Assembly: GCA_963729625.1 (NCBI GenBank) | Contig: CAVSOU010000008.1 | Location: 672,001-736,000 of the forward strand | DNA: 64,000 nt | Direction of reading: 5' to 3' | Source of the DNA: an uncultured bacterium | Lineage (GTDB): Bacteria; Chloroflexota; UBA5177; JANWHV01 | Part shown: positions 20,401 through 29,258 of the stretch, piece after piece | How positions within the stretch are numbered: the first letter of the stretch is position 1 | Layout: each line of letters begins with the position of its first letter | Made by a program: the position numbers and the translations under genes | The notes under the pieces: model-generated | The model's input: the letters and a program-made list of their open reading frames with translations, nothing else | What the model was told of the DNA's origin: nothing | The model's database searches: none

Positions 20401-21063
20401 CTGGATCATGTATTGGCCAGCGGAGCGAATGTCAAGGTGCTCGTTCTGGATACCGAGGTGTACTCGAACACGGGCGGTCAGCGATCAAAAGCGACGCCGC
20501 GCGGCGCGATCGCCAAGTTTGCTGCCGGCGGCAAGCGGGGCCGCAAGAAGGATCTTGGGTTGATGGCCATGACGTACGGCAACATCTACGTGGCCAGCGT
20601 GGCCATGGGCGGCAAGGACGAACATACGCTGAAGTCGTTCATCGAGGCTGAAGCGTACGACGGCCCCGCGTTGATCATCGCGTACGCACACTGCATCTCG
20701 CACGGCATCACCGACATGAGCCTCGGCATGGCGCAGCAGAAGGCCGCGGTCGAATCCGGGCAGTGGCTGCTCTACCGCTACAACCCGGCGCTGGCAGGGT
20801 TGGGCGCCAGTCCGCTGATTCTCGATTCGCGCGCGCCAACGATCTCGCTCGAGCAGTACATGTATGCCGAAAACCGCTTCAAGATGCTCGCGCACGTCGA
20901 TCCGGAGCACGCCCGGCTCTACCTGGAGGAGGCGCGGTACGACGTTGGCGCGCGCCTTGCGCTGTACCAGTACCTTGCCGGGTGCCCGGTGGCGCGCGCC
21001 AACGGCCATCACGCCGATGCCGATCTCGTGCCTGGCGAGCCAGGGCTAGTCTCGCAGGCATGA
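17440..21063 (+). CDS. nifJ: Pyruvate:ferredoxin (flavodoxin) oxidoreductase
   Basis: DGNEA, IYPITP, MQSEGG, two CxxCxxCxxxCP ferredoxin motifs, ACSGCGET, GDGWAYDIG (TPP). Confidence 0.97.
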   Translation: MKGRIVPLDGNEAIANVAYQVSDVIAIYPITPASLMGEWADEQASKGVRNLWGTVPSVLEMQSEGGVAGVVHGALQTGSLATSFTSSQGLLLMIPNMFKIAGELLPAVFHVAARAVATHAISMFGDHSDVMSARSTGWAMLSSSSVQEAQDLALIAHCSTLESRIPFLHFIDGFRTSHEVNTIAPLEDEHVRAMMDDDCVLAHRARGLSPDHPVVRGTVQNPDVYFQGREASNTLYAGCAGIVQRVMERFGALTGRCYDLFDYAGAPDAERVIVLMGSGAEAAQETVDYLSAHGEKVGMVRVHLYRPFDVRSFMEALPPTTRVVGVLDRTKEPGAAGEPLYLDCLAALCEGLAAAWGTLRTMPMVVGGRYGLASKEFNPAMVKAVFENLAQARPKNHFTIGIDDDVTHTSLAYDPAFSVEPEDAVRAVFYGLGSDGTVSANKSSIKIIAEETGQYAQGYFVYDTRKSGTLTVSHLRAGIVPIRSTYLIDRANFVACHQPVFLERYDMLRQIGPGGTFLLNTTRGPDTVWQYLPRSVQDAVVQQKLEFYVIDAAAVAHAAGLHGRVNIVMQTCFFALSNMLPREQAIQAIKRSIVKTYHRQGEEIIKMDLAAVDRSLANLHKVRVPQSADSTFELREPVPERAPRFVREVLGEIIAGRGDALSVSRLPLDGTFPTGTTRWEKRNLAHEIPVWEPDICIQCGKCAMVCPHAAIRIKAYDSAVLEGAPATFKAMNAHDKVFQGQKYTIQVAPEDCTGCAICVDVCPAKSKSETRLKALHMQPQPQLREQERDNWEFFVAIPEVDRRLVNASSIRQQQLQQPLFEFSGACSGCGETPYVKLLTQLFGDRLIIANASGCSSVFGGTLPTCAWTTNAEGRGPAWANSLFEDNAEFGMGFRVSIDKQRAYAEELLRRMAPTVGERLVSDILAADQHDEAGITAQRSHVSALKACLAGAAGLEARHLLHVADMLVRRSVWIVGGDGWAYDIGYGGLDHVLASGANVKVLVLDTEVYSNTGGQRSKATPRGAIAKFAAGGKRGRKKDLGLMAMTYGNIYVASVAMGGKDEHTLKSFIEAEAYDGPALIIAYAHCISHGITDMSLGMAQQKAAVESGQWLLYRYNPALAGLGASPLILDSRAPTISLEQYMYAENRFKMLAHVDPEHARLYLEEARYDVGARLALYQYLAGCPVARANGHHADADLVPGEPGLVSQA

Positions 21064-21069
21064 GAGCTG

Positions 21070-24000
21070 CTACTCGTGCATGTACTGTTTTCGCTCGCTG
21101 GGCGTGAGCGTGCGTGTCGTATGCAACGCGGCGATCGCCAGGAGCTGCCGCGTCGCGACGCAGACATCGCATGGGCGAATCCGCACCGCGCCGTCTCTGC
21201 CGGATGAGACAATGCTGCTGCCGTCTGGGCTGAAACGCGCGCTCAGGCCGATGCCCTGATGCCCGTAGAGCACGGCATCGTTGCGCCACCTGTCGACCGA
21301 CCACACGCGCAGCGTATCGTCGGCGCTGGCCGACACGAGCCACTGGCTATCCGGACTGAACGCTGCGCTCCAGACCGCCGAGGAATGCCCCAGCAATGTG
21401 TACAGGCTTCGCCACGTGTGGGCGTCCCATACGCGGATGCGGCTGTCCGCGCTGGCGCTCGTCAGGAACTTGCCGTCGGGGCTGAAGGCGACATCTTCCA
21501 CAAACCACGAGCCTGAAGGCAGCGTTTTCACCATACGCCAGGATCGAGTCGACCATATTTGCACGACATAGTCCAGGTTCTGGTCACAGTTAGCGGCCAG
21601 TGCCAGGTACACGCCATCCGGGCTGTATGCCTGCGCGTACACGACGAACGGCCCGTTCGCGGTTTGTCCGCCATCGGCGCGGAGCACCGCGACCTGCCGC
21701 CAGCCGCGTGTGTCCCAGACGGACACGATGCCGTTGCCGCGGATGACCGCGACGTGTCGGCCGTCCGGACTAAAGGTGACACGGTATGCGCCGTTCGGAA
21801 CAACCAGCGCATGCGCGCGCCGCCACGTGGCCGTGTTCCAGATCCAGGTTGAGCCGCCGGCGCTCGATGTCGCCAGCATCTTGCCGTCGGGGCTGAAGGC
21901 TGCTGAGTACAGCGCGGCGTGTTGCCCTTCGAGCACGGTGACAATTCGCCCACTCCGCACGTCGACGACGCGCGCCATACCGTCGCTTGCCGCCGTCACG
22001 ATCTCTCGTCCGTCCGGGCTGGACGCAGTGGCCCAGATCACCACGCCGGCTGGGGCATGCACGAGGAGCCGTCCGGCGCCCACATCCCAGATGCGGGCGT
22101 TGCCGTCGTCGTTTGCCGTGAGCACGGAGCTGTCATCCGGGCTGAAGACCGCGGAACCGACCGATCCGGCGGGCCCGCGCAGATAGGCGAGCGCGAACCC
22201 GCCATTGGCGCTAAAGATTCGTGCCACCCCATCTACGCCTGCGGTAATGATGTAGCCGCTGTCGTGGCTATAGACCGCGCTCAATAGCTCCGTCGTGCCG
22301 CCGCTCGAGAGATAGGCGATCAAGTTGCCGGTCCTGGCATCCGACACGCGCGCCGCTCCGTCCTGGCTGGCGGTGAGCACATCGCGACCGTCCGGACTGA
22401 ACACCGCCGAATTGACGTTATTCACCGCGCCCCTGATGACCGAGATAGGCTTCCCGCTCGGCACTGCCCACACGCGGGCCGTTTTGTCCCAGCTCGCCGT
22501 GACCAGATAGGTGCCGTCCGCACTGAAGGCAACGTCGTCGACGTTGTCTGTGTGGCCGTTCAGCACGCGCACGAGACGGCCCGTGCCCGCGTCCCATAGC
22601 CGTGCCGTCGTGTCGTCGCTGGCAGTAGCGATGTAGCGCCCGTTGGGACTGAAGACAGCGGTCCAAAGCTGATCGGTGTGTCCCGAGAGCACGTGGAGAA
22701 GGCGACCGCTGCCCGCATCCCACACGCGTGCCGTGTCGTCGCTGCTTGCCGTCACGACCGTGCGTCCGTCCGGGCTAAACGCCGCCGACACGACCGCGTC
22801 GGTATGGCCGCGCAACACGGCGATCAAGCGTCCGGACGGAACCCCCCAAAGCCGAGCGGTGTCGTCGTCGCTGGCTGTCGCGAGCTCGGTACCGGCGGGA
22901 TTGAAGGCGACCGAGTTGACACCGCCGGTGTGCCCCCTGAGTACCGCCAGCGCGGCTCCTGTCCGGGCATCGAATAGTCGGGCCGTCTTGTCGGCCGAGG
23001 CGGTTGCCACATAGCGGCCGTCCTGGCTATACACAGCTTGACCCACGGCAGCGGTGTGGCCGCGCAGCACCTCTCGCGGGTACGGCTGTCCGATAGCTAT
23101 GCGCAGCGCGTCGGTCGCTTCGGACGTCGTCGCCGTGCGCTCTGCCGCGCTTGCCAGGAGCAGACTGAGCTGCGGGTCCACGTTCAGTTGGGCGAGCGAA
23201 TTGGCTGCCAGCTCGCGGGATAGGGCCACGTTCCTCGCGGCTTGCGCCTGATTCCGCTGCTGCTCGGCCAGCAACTGCGCCTTCCTGGCGGCCTGCTGCG
23301 CGATTTGCGCCTGATTCCGCTGCTGCTCGGCCAGCAACTGCGCCCTCGTGGCGCGTTGCTGGGCACTCGTCGCGTCGCTGCGCTGCTGGATCGCCACGAT
23401 CGTGGCGAACAGCGCTCCCACGAGCACGGCCGCCAGCCCAAGCGAGAAGAGCCTGGCCACGCGCGCGCGGCGTCTCTCCGACGCGGCCAAACGTCGTGCG
23501 GCCTCCAGCTCGCGACGCTGTCGCTCGCGCTCGATCGCCTCCTCGCGTTCCCTCAGGAGCAGGCTGGCATTGAGAAAGCCTCGTTCCAGATCGTTGAGGC
23601 TATCCTCGTGCTGCGCGCGCCATTCCTGCGCCGTGGCCAAACGCGCACCTCTATAGAGGATGCCGTCGTCGCGGTCCGCCCGCTCCCATTCGAGTGCCGC
23701 CTCTGTCAGGCGGCGCTGCACTCTGAGCCCGCTTCGATCCTCTTCGATCCACGACCGCAGCTGAGGCCAACCCCGAATGAGTGCCTCGTGCGATACCTCG
23801 ACCATGTGCTGATGCGTCGGCTCATCTTCGCTGGTGGTCAGCAAGCGGGCCTCGACCATGGCCTGAATTACAGTGTCGACCGAAGCGCCCGATTGGCCGC
23901 GCGTTACCAGCTCGCCGAGCGCGGCGCGTCGCCGAGTGTCCTCGGTGCCTTCGCCGGGCTGGGTCAGGCGCAGCAGAGCCCGGCGCGCCACGGCCTGCTC

Positions 24001-25332
24001 CTCCGAGCTGAAGGAGTTGTAGATGGTATCCGCGCGCTTGGCGATTGCGCCCTGCACGCCGCCGCTCTGCGTGTAGCCATCAAGCGTCAGCATGTGCCCG
24101 AGCCGCCGTTCCCATAGCTCGAGCAGCGCGTGCTCGAGCAGTGGCAGTGCCCCCGGTTGGCGGTCGACATCTCCCAGGATCGTGTTGACGAGTCCCTGCT
24201 CAAACTCCAGACCGGCACGCCACGCCGGTTCCTCGATAGCCCGGCGCAGCCCATCGAGATCCAGCGGGCTGACCAGGAACTGTTGAGCCGAGATGCGGAC
24301 CGACAGGTCGGGGAAGGACGAGCACTTCGGGTAGAAGTCCGCACGCAGCGTAAGCAGCACGACGCAGCGCCCGTCCGGCACGGACGCCGCATAGAGCAAG
24401 TTGGCAAGGAACTGCGCACGCTCGTGATCGTCGGCGCACAGCGTGAATATCTCCTCGAACTGGTCGATGACGAGAACGACCCGCTCGGCGGCCGGGCGGT
24501 CGCTAAGTGCCAGGGCAGCCGACAGGTGGAGGGTTCTCGTGTCGGCGTCCATCTCATCCAGCGTCCGGTGCATCGATGCGTCTTCGAACAGGCGCGTGAC
24601 CTGGGCGACCAGGGCGGTCAAAGGGTGCGCTCCAGGGGTGAACACGCAGACCGTCCAGTCGTGGCTGCCCGGCAGCGCGCCTCGTCGGAGCGCAGGCACC
24701 AGTCCGGCACGCACCAGCGACGACTTTCCGCTGCCGGATGGGCCTAGAACCGCGAGGAAATGCGAGCCCTTCAACTTCTCCACCAGCCGCTGCACATCGT
24801 TGTCTCGGCCAAAGAAGAACTCGGCATGCTCTTCGTCAAAGGTCTGGAGACCGCGGTAGGGGCACACGTCGGTGTTCGGTTCAGCAGGCACTTGCTGCCC
24901 GAACGGCACGCCCCTGATCGCATTCGCCAGGTGCTGGAACGCGCGCGGATCCTCGATGCCCGGGCGCAAGTCGACCCATGTACGTGTGCTGAGGAACGGC
25001 GGCAGCGTAGTGGAATCAAACGGCTCGGCAACGCCAGGGAGGAGGGCGAGGAAGAGTCGGAAGGAGCGATCCTTCACGGCACGATCGAGCGCCACGCCCA
25101 GCTCTTCATGCACCCAGTCGCCCAGTCCGTGGGGCCCGACAAAGACCGCGCACGCCGAGCAGGAACGCAGCCCGGCAATCAATTCTTCCTGCCAGCGGCC
25201 GCCCGGCGTCAGGCACCACTTGTCGAGCCAGGGCTCCAGGCCCGCGCTCTTGAGCTTGACAGCCAGTCGCTCGACAGCAGGCTTGTCACGGCTATTGTGG
25301 GAGAGAAAGACGTCGAAGCGGGGCTCGTTCAT
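21070..25332 (-). CDS. TIR + nSTAND1-type NTPase + TM helix + WD40 repeats
   Basis: FDVFLSHNSRDK...WVHEEL (TIR); CPYRGL...FFGR, GPSGSGKSS, IDQFEE, LPLLEHAL (STAND); hydrophobic LFSLGLAAVLVGALFATIVAI; about 14 GH...WD/FSPDG repeats. Confidence 0.93.
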   Translation of the reverse strand: MNEPRFDVFLSHNSRDKPAVERLAVKLKSAGLEPWLDKWCLTPGGRWQEELIAGLRSCSACAVFVGPHGLGDWVHEELGVALDRAVKDRSFRLFLALLPGVAEPFDSTTLPPFLSTRTWVDLRPGIEDPRAFQHLANAIRGVPFGQQVPAEPNTDVCPYRGLQTFDEEHAEFFFGRDNDVQRLVEKLKGSHFLAVLGPSGSGKSSLVRAGLVPALRRGALPGSHDWTVCVFTPGAHPLTALVAQVTRLFEDASMHRTLDEMDADTRTLHLSAALALSDRPAAERVVLVIDQFEEIFTLCADDHERAQFLANLLYAASVPDGRCVVLLTLRADFYPKCSSFPDLSVRISAQQFLVSPLDLDGLRRAIEEPAWRAGLEFEQGLVNTILGDVDRQPGALPLLEHALLELWERRLGHMLTLDGYTQSGGVQGAIAKRADTIYNSFSSEEQAVARRALLRLTQPGEGTEDTRRRAALGELVTRGQSGASVDTVIQAMVEARLLTTSEDEPTHQHMVEVSHEALIRGWPQLRSWIEEDRSGLRVQRRLTEAALEWERADRDDGILYRGARLATAQEWRAQHEDSLNDLERGFLNASLLLREREEAIERERQRRELEAARRLAASERRRARVARLFSLGLAAVLVGALFATIVAIQQRSDATSAQQRATRAQLLAEQQRNQAQIAQQAARKAQLLAEQQRNQAQAARNVALSRELAANSLAQLNVDPQLSLLLASAAERTATTSEATDALRIAIGQPYPREVLRGHTAAVGQAVYSQDGRYVATASADKTARLFDARTGAALAVLRGHTGGVNSVAFNPAGTELATASDDDTARLWGVPSGRLIAVLRGHTDAVVSAAFSPDGRTVVTASSDDTARVWDAGSGRLLHVLSGHTDQLWTAVFSPNGRYIATASDDTTARLWDAGTGRLVRVLNGHTDNVDDVAFSADGTYLVTASWDKTARVWAVPSGKPISVIRGAVNNVNSAVFSPDGRDVLTASQDGAARVSDARTGNLIAYLSSGGTTELLSAVYSHDSGYIITAGVDGVARIFSANGGFALAYLRGPAGSVGSAVFSPDDSSVLTANDDGNARIWDVGAGRLLVHAPAGVVIWATASSPDGREIVTAASDGMARVVDVRSGRIVTVLEGQHAALYSAAFSPDGKMLATSSAGGSTWIWNTATWRRAHALVVPNGAYRVTFSPDGRHVAVIRGNGIVSVWDTRGWRQVAVLRADGGQTANGPFVVYAQAYSPDGVYLALAANCDQNLDYVVQIWSTRSWRMVKTLPSGSWFVEDVAFSPDGKFLTSASADSRIRVWDAHTWRSLYTLLGHSSAVWSAAFSPDSQWLVSASADDTLRVWSVDRWRNDAVLYGHQGIGLSARFSPDGSSIVSSGRDGAVRIRPCDVCVATRQLLAIAALHTTRTLTPSERKQYMHE
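23242..23344. repeat. 40-bp direct repeat, 63-nt period, in the coiled-coil stalk of the TIR-STAND-WD40 gene
   Basis: TTGCGCCTGATTCCGCTGCTGCTCGGCCAGCAACTGCGCC at 23242 and 23305; encodes AQLLAEQQRNQAQ twice. Confidence 0.9.
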
Positions 25333-25623
25333 ACCCTGTGCTCCGCCTTTCTCCAGCATCCGCACCGGGCGCGCAAGCGGCCCGGCATCGTATAAGGCTC
25401 TGCATTCAGGCTCCGACTGAGGCCGGTCACAGACAAAACCTACCCCAAAAGGGCATGGTATCGGAGGCACCTGTCATGTTCAGATCCTACCATGCCTTCC
25501 CAGCACGGTTGAGCGCTGTGTGCCTCCGCTTCGTGAAAGCGTGCCCGCGCCGCGTGAGACGCGATTGTCCGCGCCTCGCAACCACGTGCCTGAGACGCGT
25601 AATCGTTGGGATCCTGGGGCGCT

Positions 25624-25776
25624 CGGACATCGTGTGCGCCCGCACAGGCGATTTGCTCAGGGACCGCGGCTCCACTGCGGTAGCCGCAGTGCCCTCCAGT
25701 GCACGCATGGTGCCCTCGCAGCGGCGCCTGCACCCGGTACGCCACGCGCTGAGAACCCGGGCGGACACGATGTCCG
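25624..25776. repeat. Intergenic element bounded by 19-bp inverted repeats (one mismatch)
   Basis: CGGACATCGTGTGCGCCCG (25624-25642) and CGGGCGGACACGATGTCCG (25758-25776); internal hairpin CACTGCGG-TAG-CCGCAGTG. Confidence 0.75.
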
Positions 25777-26060
25777 CTCTCGTACGAGATTCCCGCACAT
25801 CGTCGATCAGCGTTTCCACTCCGTCCCACGACTGCTGGTCGAGTTTCCCGTGGTGTGCGCTATACTGACCTCGCCTGCCGCCGGAGATCTCGCCGCGATA
25901 TCGCAATTTTGCTGCCGCGTACGTCATCGTCGTCGCAGGTAGCGATGTCGCGGCCGAGACGCTGGGGCTGTTCGGAAAGGGCCGTGCCTGCTTCCGCTTA
26001 GGTGTCGCGCGCATTCCCGTGGCACGTCGACGGCGGAGCAGAGATTGTGGGGGAAGATGC

Positions 26061-27038
26061 ATGACCGACGTGATCTGCATGGGCGAGTTGTTGACGGAAT
26101 TTGTGGCCGAGGAAGCGAACGTCTCTCTGGAAGATGCGAAGAGCTTCGTAAAGGCGCCGGGCGGGGCTCCGGCAAACGTATCGGTGGCGTTGCAGCGGCT
26201 GGGGATGCCGTCGGCTTTTGTCGGCAAAGTGGGCAACGATCCCTTTGGCCGCTTCCTCCGCAACGCGCTGGCCGTGGACGGCGTGGACGTGCGGTTTCTG
26301 ATGACCGACACGCAGGCGCGTACAACGGCAGTCTATGTTGCGGTCTGGGATGACGGCCACAAGGACCTCTGCTTCTTCCGCAACCCGGGAGCGGACATGC
26401 TCCTGCGTCCCGAGGAGATCGACGGGCGCCTATTCGACGGTGCTCGCGCCTTCCATTTTGGATCCATCGGCTTCATCGACGAGCCAACTGCCTCGGCACA
26501 GCGCAAGGCACTGGGCATTGCGCGCGACCGCGGTCTGATGGTCACCTACGACCCGAACTACCGCCCAACGCTCTGGCCGTCGGAGGCCCGCGCTCGTACG
26601 GTCATCCGGGACTCATTCAAGTACTGCCATCTTGCCAAGGTCAGCCAGGAAGAATGGGAAGTCGCCACCGGCTACCCGGATCTCGACACCGGCATTGCCG
26701 CCGTTCTGGCGCAAGGAGTAGAGCTCCTGGTGATAAGTCGCGGGCCCCTGGGGTCGCTCGCCGCCACTCTCGACTATCGTATCGAGCTGCCCGCGTACAC
26801 CGTCGAGGTCGTGGAGACGACAGGCGCCGGTGACGGCTTCATGGCCGCTATGATCGCCCTGCTGCTACCGGAGCGCGAAAAGGCGGGCTCGTTGCGGCGT
26901 GTACCCGAGGAGACCGTTCGCGCCGCTCTCACGTTCGCGACGGCAGTCGGCGCGCTCACCTGTACAAAGCTGGGCGCCATTCCTGCCTTGCCCACGCTGG
27001 CGGAAGCAAGAGCGTTTCTCGCGATGCAGGGTGGCTGA
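26061..27038 (+). CDS. PfkB-family carbohydrate kinase (fructokinase-like)
   Basis: APGGAPANV, VGKVGNDPFG, YDPNYRP, ETTGAGDGF. Confidence 0.95.
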   Translation: MTDVICMGELLTEFVAEEANVSLEDAKSFVKAPGGAPANVSVALQRLGMPSAFVGKVGNDPFGRFLRNALAVDGVDVRFLMTDTQARTTAVYVAVWDDGHKDLCFFRNPGADMLLRPEEIDGRLFDGARAFHFGSIGFIDEPTASAQRKALGIARDRGLMVTYDPNYRPTLWPSEARARTVIRDSFKYCHLAKVSQEEWEVATGYPDLDTGIAAVLAQGVELLVISRGPLGSLAATLDYRIELPAYTVEVVETTGAGDGFMAAMIALLLPEREKAGSLRRVPEETVRAALTFATAVGALTCTKLGAIPALPTLAEARAFLAMQGG

Positions 27039-27060
27039 TCTCGGAAGAAGCAAACGGCGG

Positions 27061-27219
27061 TTATCGCTGCCTCAAGCGCCAGATGATTGCCAGCCCCGCC
27101 AGCGCCAGGATCCAAAACATGACAATACCCCACTGATCGCTGGCGGCAGCCCACGCTGGTCCGAGGGCGAGTGGGATGCAAAACAGAAGGATGATCAGAC
27201 CTGCAAGAAACCGGTTCAT
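27061..27219 (-). CDS. Small two-TM membrane protein
   Basis: MNRFLAGLIILLFCIPLALG...WGIVMFWILALAGLAIIWRLRQR; GGGAG SD. Confidence 0.55.
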   Translation of the reverse strand: MNRFLAGLIILLFCIPLALGPAWAAASDQWGIVMFWILALAGLAIIWRLRQR

Positions 27220-27242
27220 GCTACTCCCGCCTCTCGTTCCGG

Positions 27243-27539
27243 TCAAAGCGCGCGAGATCCTGGATGGGCGATCGCTTGAGTACCCGAGGCTCGTTTTCGG
27301 GGTGGGCTCGTCGGCGGCTCGTAGCCGGCCCGCAATGGACGGCGCGCGTATCGGCTTCTGTCCGTTGCAGCCATGAGGCACTCATGCAGCCGCTGACGCG
27401 TGGTCAGGTGGTTCCTGGCCAATGCCACGGTGCGCGGCCGACCGGCCAACGCCTGATTGCGGAGTGTCCCACGGCCCAGACCGCTTAGTCGCACCGCGCG
27501 AGCGAGCGAGGTGTACTCCTTGGGCTTCTCCAGCATCAT
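27243..27539 (-). CDS. Excisionase/MerR-like HTH protein (possibly degenerate)
   Basis: YTSLARAVRLSGLGRGTLRNQALAGR; preceded by TTGCCC-N17-TACGAT and GGAGG. Confidence 0.6.
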   Translation of the reverse strand: MMLEKPKEYTSLARAVRLSGLGRGTLRNQALAGRPRTVALARNHLTTRQRLHECLMAATDRSRYARRPLRAGYEPPTSPPRKRASGTQAIAHPGSRAL

Positions 27540-27555
27540 CGCAGCCTCCGCAGGT

Positions 27556-27677
27556 ATCGTATGCCGCAGGGCCTTACGGGGCAAGCCCCTGAGCTGCTGC
27601 ATACGCAGTCTCACTCTTGACCGGGTCGTTTCAATAGTGCATGAGTGCTTTACTGCGTATGCACTGCGATATACGAT
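27556..27677. promoter_or_regulatory. Divergent promoter pair with a 12-bp inverted repeat
   Basis: Minus strand TTGCCC-N17-TACGAT; plus strand TTTACT-N17-TACGAT; TGCATACGCAGT (27598-27609) / ACTGCGTATGCA (27652-27663). Confidence 0.65.
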
Positions 27678-27697
27678 GGTTGTGGAGGTGCTACAAG

Positions 27698-27904
27698 ATG
27701 TCAGCAGCCACGCGCGACATGGCCCTTGGGGGCAAGCGTGCCAGGATGGGGACCGGTCGAGCGCGCACCGTGCAGCGCGGCGCGCGGATCTCTGAAGGGC
27801 ATGCGCGCCGCTTCACCGCCGTTGCCCTCGCTGAAGGCATCACGAGGACCACCCTGATCGAACGCTGGATTGAGGAGCACTTCCCGCCGGCATCGCCGCT
27901 ATAG
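27698..27904 (+). CDS. Ribbon-helix-helix (CopG-like) DNA-binding protein
   Basis: RISEGHARRFTAVALAEGITRTTLIERWIEEH; GGAGGT SD. Confidence 0.6.
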   Translation: MSAATRDMALGGKRARMGTGRARTVQRGARISEGHARRFTAVALAEGITRTTLIERWIEEHFPPASPL

Positions 27905-27915
27905 CGCACAAAGGA

Positions 27916-28191
27916 ATGGCCATGGAAACTTTAGCCAAGCGCATCCTTGTCGCGGCGTATGGTGGGTACGCGTGCCTCCTGTTCATCGTCGGTTCTCTCA
28001 CCTGGTGTATCGGATTTGCCCTGGTGGGTCTCGTCTGGCTGTTGAGTGCAACAGGTAACTCGAAAGAGTCGAGGGAAACCACCAGCTGGGTTAGGCTGCT
28101 TCTTCCACTGGCGATCGTCCTGCTGGGCGCCGCGGTTGTCTCCGCTGTGATTCTCAACATCATCTCCGAAGCCCCCCCGCGTCCGCAATAG
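27916..28191 (+). CDS. Small membrane protein (2-3 TM)
   Basis: Long hydrophobic stretches; AAGGA SD directly after the RHH gene. Confidence 0.65.
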   Translation: MAMETLAKRILVAAYGGYACLLFIVGSLTWCIGFALVGLVWLLSATGNSKESRETTSWVRLLLPLAIVLLGAAVVSAVILNIISEAPPRPQ

Positions 28192-28211
28192 CTTCGAGCT
28201 GGATTCGCCGT

Positions 28212-28460
28212 CACGTGGCGCTTGCCGGCGATGCGCTCGGGACCGTAGCGGAAGGTGGCGCGGCCGTCAGCGCCTTCCCAGCTCATCTCCCATATGCCCG
28301 GATGATCGACCATCGGCTTGACGCGCAAGCTGGCGCGAATCTCGCCATGATCGAGATCCTCAGCCAGGCGCCGCACGGCGCGACGAAACCGGGCGTACTG
28401 CTCAGGCGTCAAGTGGTCGAGGTCACGTTGAAAGCTGTCCTCTTCCTCGTGCGTCGGCAT
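28212..28460 (-). pseudogene. RelE/ParE-like toxin, 3'-truncated
   Basis: FQRDLDHLTPEQ...SLRVKPMVDHPGIWEMSW...GRATFRYG...KRHV, then loses the expected terminal strand (IWRRIG.H type) and reads on antisense through unrelated genes. Confidence 0.6.
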
Positions 28461-28884
28461 GGGCAGCCCGACGCGCATCCATCGCAGCGAGGAAGTCGTC
28501 CGTGCTCTCGTGGAAGGTGCTGCGGCCAGCAACCTCGTCCGCGTCGGCCTCGCGCTCCTTGGCCTGCCACTCTACCGTCCAGAACCAGGCCTGATCGGGA
28601 TTCAACCGCCGCATCAGGTCGAACGCCCGGGCGCGAACCTCACGCACCACACGCACTATGAGATCACGATCGACCGTGGCCGCCTCGGACACAGCGGCGA
28701 GCTGCTCGATCGTCGCGTCGGCCCAGCGAATCGTCTCTGCCGCCTCGTGCACGTGTTCTTGCCAGACGCGTACTTGCTCGCGAACCACTTCCGGCGGCGG
28801 TGTCTCGTCAGGCGAGATCAGGCGCAGACGGGCGTCCCTACGTGCGAGCTGTTCCTGCAGGTCAGCGAGGAGTGCTATGGACGT
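28423..28884 (-). CDS. Antitoxin with DQAWFW motif; ACG at the expected start position
   Basis: NPDQAWFWTVEWQAKEREADAD...DDFLAAM; AAAGGAG-CACA-ACG in frame at 28884; TACAAT -10 upstream. Confidence 0.7.
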   Translation of the reverse strand, partial: TSIALLADLQEQLARRDARLRLISPDETPPPEVVREQVRVWQEHVHEAAETIRWADATIEQLAAVSEAATVDRDLIVRVVREVRARAFDLMRRLNPDQAWFWTVEWQAKEREADADEVAGRSTFHESTDDFLAAMDARRAAHADARGRGQLST

Positions 28885-29258
28885 TGTGCTCCTTTGGTTC
28901 CATTGTACCGCCGACGTCTCGCAGCGGCGCTATTCGTCGACACACGACGGCACCACGGGCGGCGCAAGAATACAACCTGTCGTGCAGGCAGCCCGACTCG
29001 GATCCATCACAGTGGCGAGTCGGCGCAGGGAGCAACGCGTGAAAGCCCAGGGCGCGGAGCTGCTGGCCCGGTTGTCGTGTCCCCCACCGCGCAATGGCCA
29101 ACTCCAACAGATGATTGGCCAGGATCGCCACAACGCCAGGTAGTTGTGACAGGCCCCGAAGTCTCGGGGTAGTTGCCGTTCACCGCACGCTGGAGGCATC
29201 CTGAAGTCTAGTGCGGGCGGCGCCTTGGCGGCACGCCGGACGAGCGCGGGGAGGGTAC

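Noticed and set aside
15462-28209. Shared 13-mer GGCGAATCCAGCT at 15462 and, inverted, at the toxin breakpoint
   Set aside because: Chance 13-mer matches are expected in 64 kb of GC-rich DNA; no other att-site evidence
28993-29023. CCGACTCG/CGAGTCGG hairpin and nearby GTGAAAGC as a riboswitch or intron relic
   Set aside because: Only an 8-bp stem, with no recognisable family consensus
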